A stretch of 64,000 bases of DNA from assembly GCA_963825505.1 (NCBI GenBank), contig CAWGTL010000008.1, positions 48,411-112,410 on the forward strand. Direction: 5' to 3'. The position numbers and the translations under genes were made by a program. Under the pieces are notes generated by a model that was not told where the DNA came from, did not search any database, and saw only the letters and a list, made by a program, of their open reading frames with translations. Shown here piece by piece: positions 61,134-64,000 of the stretch. This DNA comes from an uncultured Actinomycetota bacterium (GTDB lineage: Bacteria > Actinomycetota > Actinomycetes > Actinomycetales > CAWJMD01). Each line of letters begins with the position of its first letter. Position 1 is the stretch's first letter.

Positions 61134-63073
61134 TGACCCTGCCGGTGCCCAACCTCGACGACCGCCGCTTCCAGGACTTCGTCGACGACGCCAAGCGGAT
61201 GGTGCAGCGGCGCTGCCCCGAGTGGACCGACCACAACGTCTCCGACCCGGGCGTGACGTTGATCGAGGCGTTCGCCGCCATGGCCGACCAGATCGTCTAC
61301 CGGCTCAACCGCGTCCCCGACCTGCACTACCTGAAGTTCCTGGAGCTGATCGGGGTGCGGCTGTTCCCGGCCACCGCCGCCCGCGTCCCCATGACGTTCT
61401 GGCTCTCTGCGCCCCAGCGCGACGTCGTGCACGTGCCGGCCGGCACCGAGGTCGCGACCCGGCGCACGCCCGACGCGGAGCCGGTCGTGTTCGGGACCGT
61501 CCGACCGCTGTCCGTCGTGCCCACCGCGCTGGTCGGGCTGCGGACGGTGGACGCCCGCGGTGCCGGCGCGGACCACACCGACGAGCTCGACGGCGGGCCG
61601 TGGGTCCGGTGCTTCTCCGACGTGCCGCAGCCGGAGGAGACGGTGATGTTCGGCCTGTCCGAGGCCGCGCCGTCGTGCGCGGTGGCGCTGCGGCTCGGCT
61701 GCCACGTCGAGGGCATCGGCGTCGACCCGGACGCGCCACCTCTGGTCTGGGAGGCGTGGACGGCGGACGGCTGGGTCGCCTGCGACCTCGAGCGCGACGA
61801 GACCAGGGCGCTCAACACCGCCGGAGACGTGGTGCTGCACCTGCCGGACGACCACACCACGTCCGTCGTCGCAGGGATCCGCGCCGGCTGGGTGCGCGCC
61901 CGTGTGGTGGACGTGCCTGAGGGCACGCCGAGGTACACGTCCTCGCCTCGGCTGCGCGGCGCCCAGGCGTTCACCATCGGCGGCACCGTCGAGGCGGTGA
62001 ACGCCCGGACGATCCTCGCCGAGACCCTCGGCGTGACCGAAGGTGTCGCGGGGCAGCGCTTCACCGTCAGCCGCACGCCGGTGCTGCCGCCGGACGAGGC
62101 ACTGGTCGTCGAGGTCTCCGGTGCGGAGGGTTGGCAGCCGTGGACCCAGGTGCACGGATTTGCCGACAGCGGCCCGGACGACAGGCACTTCGTCCTCGAC
62201 GCCGTCACCGGCACCCTGTCGTTCGGCCCGAACGTGCGGCTCGAGGACGGCACGGTGCGCCAGTACGGCGCCGTCCCCGAGCGGGCGGCGACCGTGCGGG
62301 TCCGGGCCTACCGCAGCGGGGGTGGCGCGCGGGGGAACGTCAGCGCGCACACCCTGGAGGTGCTGCGCTCGTCGATCCCGTACGTGTCGAAGGTCGGCAA
62401 CCGGGTGGCCGCGCGCGGCGGCCGCGACGCCGAGGACGTCGAGAACGCCAAGCTGCGAGGGCCGTTGGAGCTGCGCGGCACCCACCGCGCGGTGACGCTC
62501 GAGGACTACGAGCAGATCGCTGCGGGGGCGGCCCACGAGGTCGCGCGGGTCCGCGCGGTGCCCGAGAGCGGTGGGACCGTGCGGGTCCTGCTGGTGCCGG
62601 CGAGCGGGGACGGCACGAGCCGCCGCCCGTTCGCCGACCTGCAGCCCGCCGAGGACACGCTGCGCCGGGTGGCGGCGGCGATCGAGGCCCGCCGGGTCAT
62701 CGGCGCGCAGGTGCTGGTGGAACCGCCGGTGTACCGGGGCCTCACCGTGGTGGCGCACCTGAGGTCGCTGCCGGGGCACGCCCCGCAGACCGTGCACACC
62801 GCGGCCCTCGAGGCGCTCTACCGGTACCACGACCCGGTGGTCGGGGGCGCGGACGGGACGGGGTGGGAGTTCGGCCGCTCGGTGCAGTACGGCGAGGTCT
62901 TCGCGGTGCTGCAACGGGTGCGCGGCGTCGACGTCGTCGAGGACGTGCGGCTGTTCCCCGCCGATCCCGTTTCCGGGCACCGGGGCGAGGCGACCCGCAA
63001 GGTCGAGCTGGAGCCGACGGCGCTGGTCTTCGGCTACGACCACCAGGTGCGGGTGACACCGTGCGAGGACTAG
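61133..63073 (+). CDS. baseplate J-like protein (gp6/Afp11 type)
   Basis: MTLPVPNLDDRRFQDFVDDAKRMVQRRCPEWTDHNVSDPGVTLIEAFAAMADQIVYRLNRVPD... is the typical N-terminus of putative baseplate assembly proteins. 646 aa. Confidence 0.85.
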   Translation: MTLPVPNLDDRRFQDFVDDAKRMVQRRCPEWTDHNVSDPGVTLIEAFAAMADQIVYRLNRVPDLHYLKFLELIGVRLFPATAARVPMTFWLSAPQRDVVHVPAGTEVATRRTPDAEPVVFGTVRPLSVVPTALVGLRTVDARGAGADHTDELDGGPWVRCFSDVPQPEETVMFGLSEAAPSCAVALRLGCHVEGIGVDPDAPPLVWEAWTADGWVACDLERDETRALNTAGDVVLHLPDDHTTSVVAGIRAGWVRARVVDVPEGTPRYTSSPRLRGAQAFTIGGTVEAVNARTILAETLGVTEGVAGQRFTVSRTPVLPPDEALVVEVSGAEGWQPWTQVHGFADSGPDDRHFVLDAVTGTLSFGPNVRLEDGTVRQYGAVPERAATVRVRAYRSGGGARGNVSAHTLEVLRSSIPYVSKVGNRVAARGGRDAEDVENAKLRGPLELRGTHRAVTLEDYEQIAAGAAHEVARVRAVPESGGTVRVLLVPASGDGTSRRPFADLQPAEDTLRRVAAAIEARRVIGAQVLVEPPVYRGLTVVAHLRSLPGHAPQTVHTAALEALYRYHDPVVGGADGTGWEFGRSVQYGEVFAVLQRVRGVDVVEDVRLFPADPVSGHRGEATRKVELEPTALVFGYDHQVRVTPCED

Positions 63074-63660
63074 TGCCCGAGCTGCCCACCGCCGTCCCGC
63101 TGGCGGCCGGCCTCCCGCGGGTGCTCGCCGAGGACGACTACGCAGGCCGCTTCACCGGCGCCCTCGACACCGTGCTCGCCGCCGCCGTGGGGTCCTACGA
63201 CAACCTCACCGCCTACCTCGATCCCGCGACCGCACCCGACGACTTCCTCGCCTGGCTCGGCCACTGGGTCGCGGTGCCGCCCGACGAGATGGGTGCCGCC
63301 GAGCGGACGGCGGCGCTGCGCGCGTTCGTGCCCGTGGCCGCCGACCTCGGCGCCCGGCGCGGGACGGCCACGGCGCTGGCGGACGAGCTGGGTCGCCTCT
63401 GCGGCGTCGACGTCGCCGTGCGGGACCCGGGCGGCGTGAGCTGGTCGGCCTCCGCCGGTCAGGCTGCGGGCACCTCGGCCGGGAGCGGCCGCGGGAGCGT
63501 CGAGGTCGTCGTGCGCGGCGCCTGCGACCGGGCGCTCGTGCGCCGGCTCGTGCGCCGCTCGACCCCCGCCCACCTCGACGTCCGCGTCACCTTCGACGAC
63601 CGCGCAGCCCGCCACACAGCCCGCCACACAGCCCGCCACCCAGTCCGACCAGGAGGAGAC
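63061..63660 (+). CDS. phage tail protein, P2 gpI-like (TIGR02242-type wedge component); 3' end unresolved because there is no in-frame stop
   Basis: LPRVLAEDDYAGRFTGALDTVLAAAVGSYDNLTAYLDPATAPDDFLAWLGHWVAV...STPAHLDVRVTF is present. Start at the GTG at 63061 or 63073. The frame runs on without a stop into the next ORF. The +1 frame ends with TGA at 63662-63664, overlapping the next GTG. Confidence 0.7.
63605..63640 (+). repeat. 3 x 12-nt tandem repeat (CAGCCCGCCACA)
   Basis: Read directly from the sequence. It encodes ARHT units in the gpI frame or QPAT units in the +1 frame. Confidence 0.8.
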
Positions 63661-64000
63661 GTGAGCACCACCATCACCTGCACCGCGTGCGGCGGTGCGA
63701 ACTCGCCGGAGGACACCTTCTGCGGCTCCTGCAGCGCCTTCCTGGAGTGGGACGGCGCGCCGGCGCAGGAGCAGGAGCAGCCGGTGCCCGTCGGCGCCGC
63801 CGTGGGAGCGGCGACGGACCCCGACCCGGAGCACCGGCTGCCGCAGACCGAGGCCCGCCGTCCGGCACCCCGACGGTCCGCGGGCGAGGGCCCGACCGAC
63901 CTGTTCTGCGGCTCGTGCGGAGCGGGCAACGCGCTCGGCCGCTCGTTCTGCCGGCGCTGCGGGGAGGCGCTGGCCGACCCCGAGGAGCCGGAGCGCCCGG
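63661..64000 (+). CDS. zinc-ribbon domain protein, N-terminal part (continues beyond the window)
   Basis: GTG at 63661 preceded by AGGAGG with a 4-nt spacer. Two CxxC...CxxC ribbons are present (CTACGG..FCGSCSAF and FCGSCGAG..FCRRCGEA). No stop before position 64000. Confidence 0.5.
   Translation, partial: MSTTITCTACGGANSPEDTFCGSCSAFLEWDGAPAQEQEQPVPVGAAVGAATDPDPEHRLPQTEARRPAPRRSAGEGPTDLFCGSCGAGNALGRSFCRRCGEALADPEEPERP

Overview
This is a very GC-rich chromosomal segment (GC content not computed) with actinobacterial gene content. I count about 60 protein-coding genes and no rRNA, tRNA or CRISPR array.

Gene order:
- 1-18.5 kb: mixed genes. These are the 3' end of a LuxR/LAL regulator, several membrane proteins, a CPBP protease, a cupin, a ZIP transporter, an mraY copy outside any dcw context, an MBL hydrolase, a PP2C phosphatase, a decayed glycosyltransferase-like gene, an ABC-F ATPase, two CPA1 antiporters flanking a DUF421 gene, and HAD-IIA, YihY and DUF3072 genes.
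- 18.5-24.6 kb: a phenolic-lipid operon (type III PKS, ICMT methyltransferase, FAD monooxygenase, idi, geranylgeranyl reductase) with a divergent UbiA prenyltransferase.
- 25.8-29 kb: a beta-phosphoglucomutase-family gene plus a GH65 phosphorylase.
- 29-42.2 kb: a LacI-controlled L-rhamnose/rhamnoside locus. It holds ABC uptake genes, a GH78 rhamnosidase, a frame-disrupted rhaI, a fused aldolase-dehydrogenase, a rhamnulokinase and an FMN lactate dehydrogenase.
- 42.3-64 kb: the most notable part, a fibre-less phage-tail-like contractile injection system (CIS).

In the CIS locus, the DUF4255 cap gene is separated from the sheath-tube-spike-baseplate operon by two things: a DUF222-HNH gene and a DevR/DevS (DosR/DosS)-type island carrying Dos-box-like palindromes. 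Two orphan acidic paralogues lie just upstream of the sheath gene. A CCCGGGG heptamer could fuse the two small genes ahead of the tape-measure-like gene by -1 frameshifting.

Caveat: four genes each need a one-base (+1) correction to read through. They are the glycosyltransferase remnant, rhaI, the CIS tape-measure-like gene and the CIS gpI-like gene. Assembly indels versus real decay must be resolved before drawing functional conclusions.
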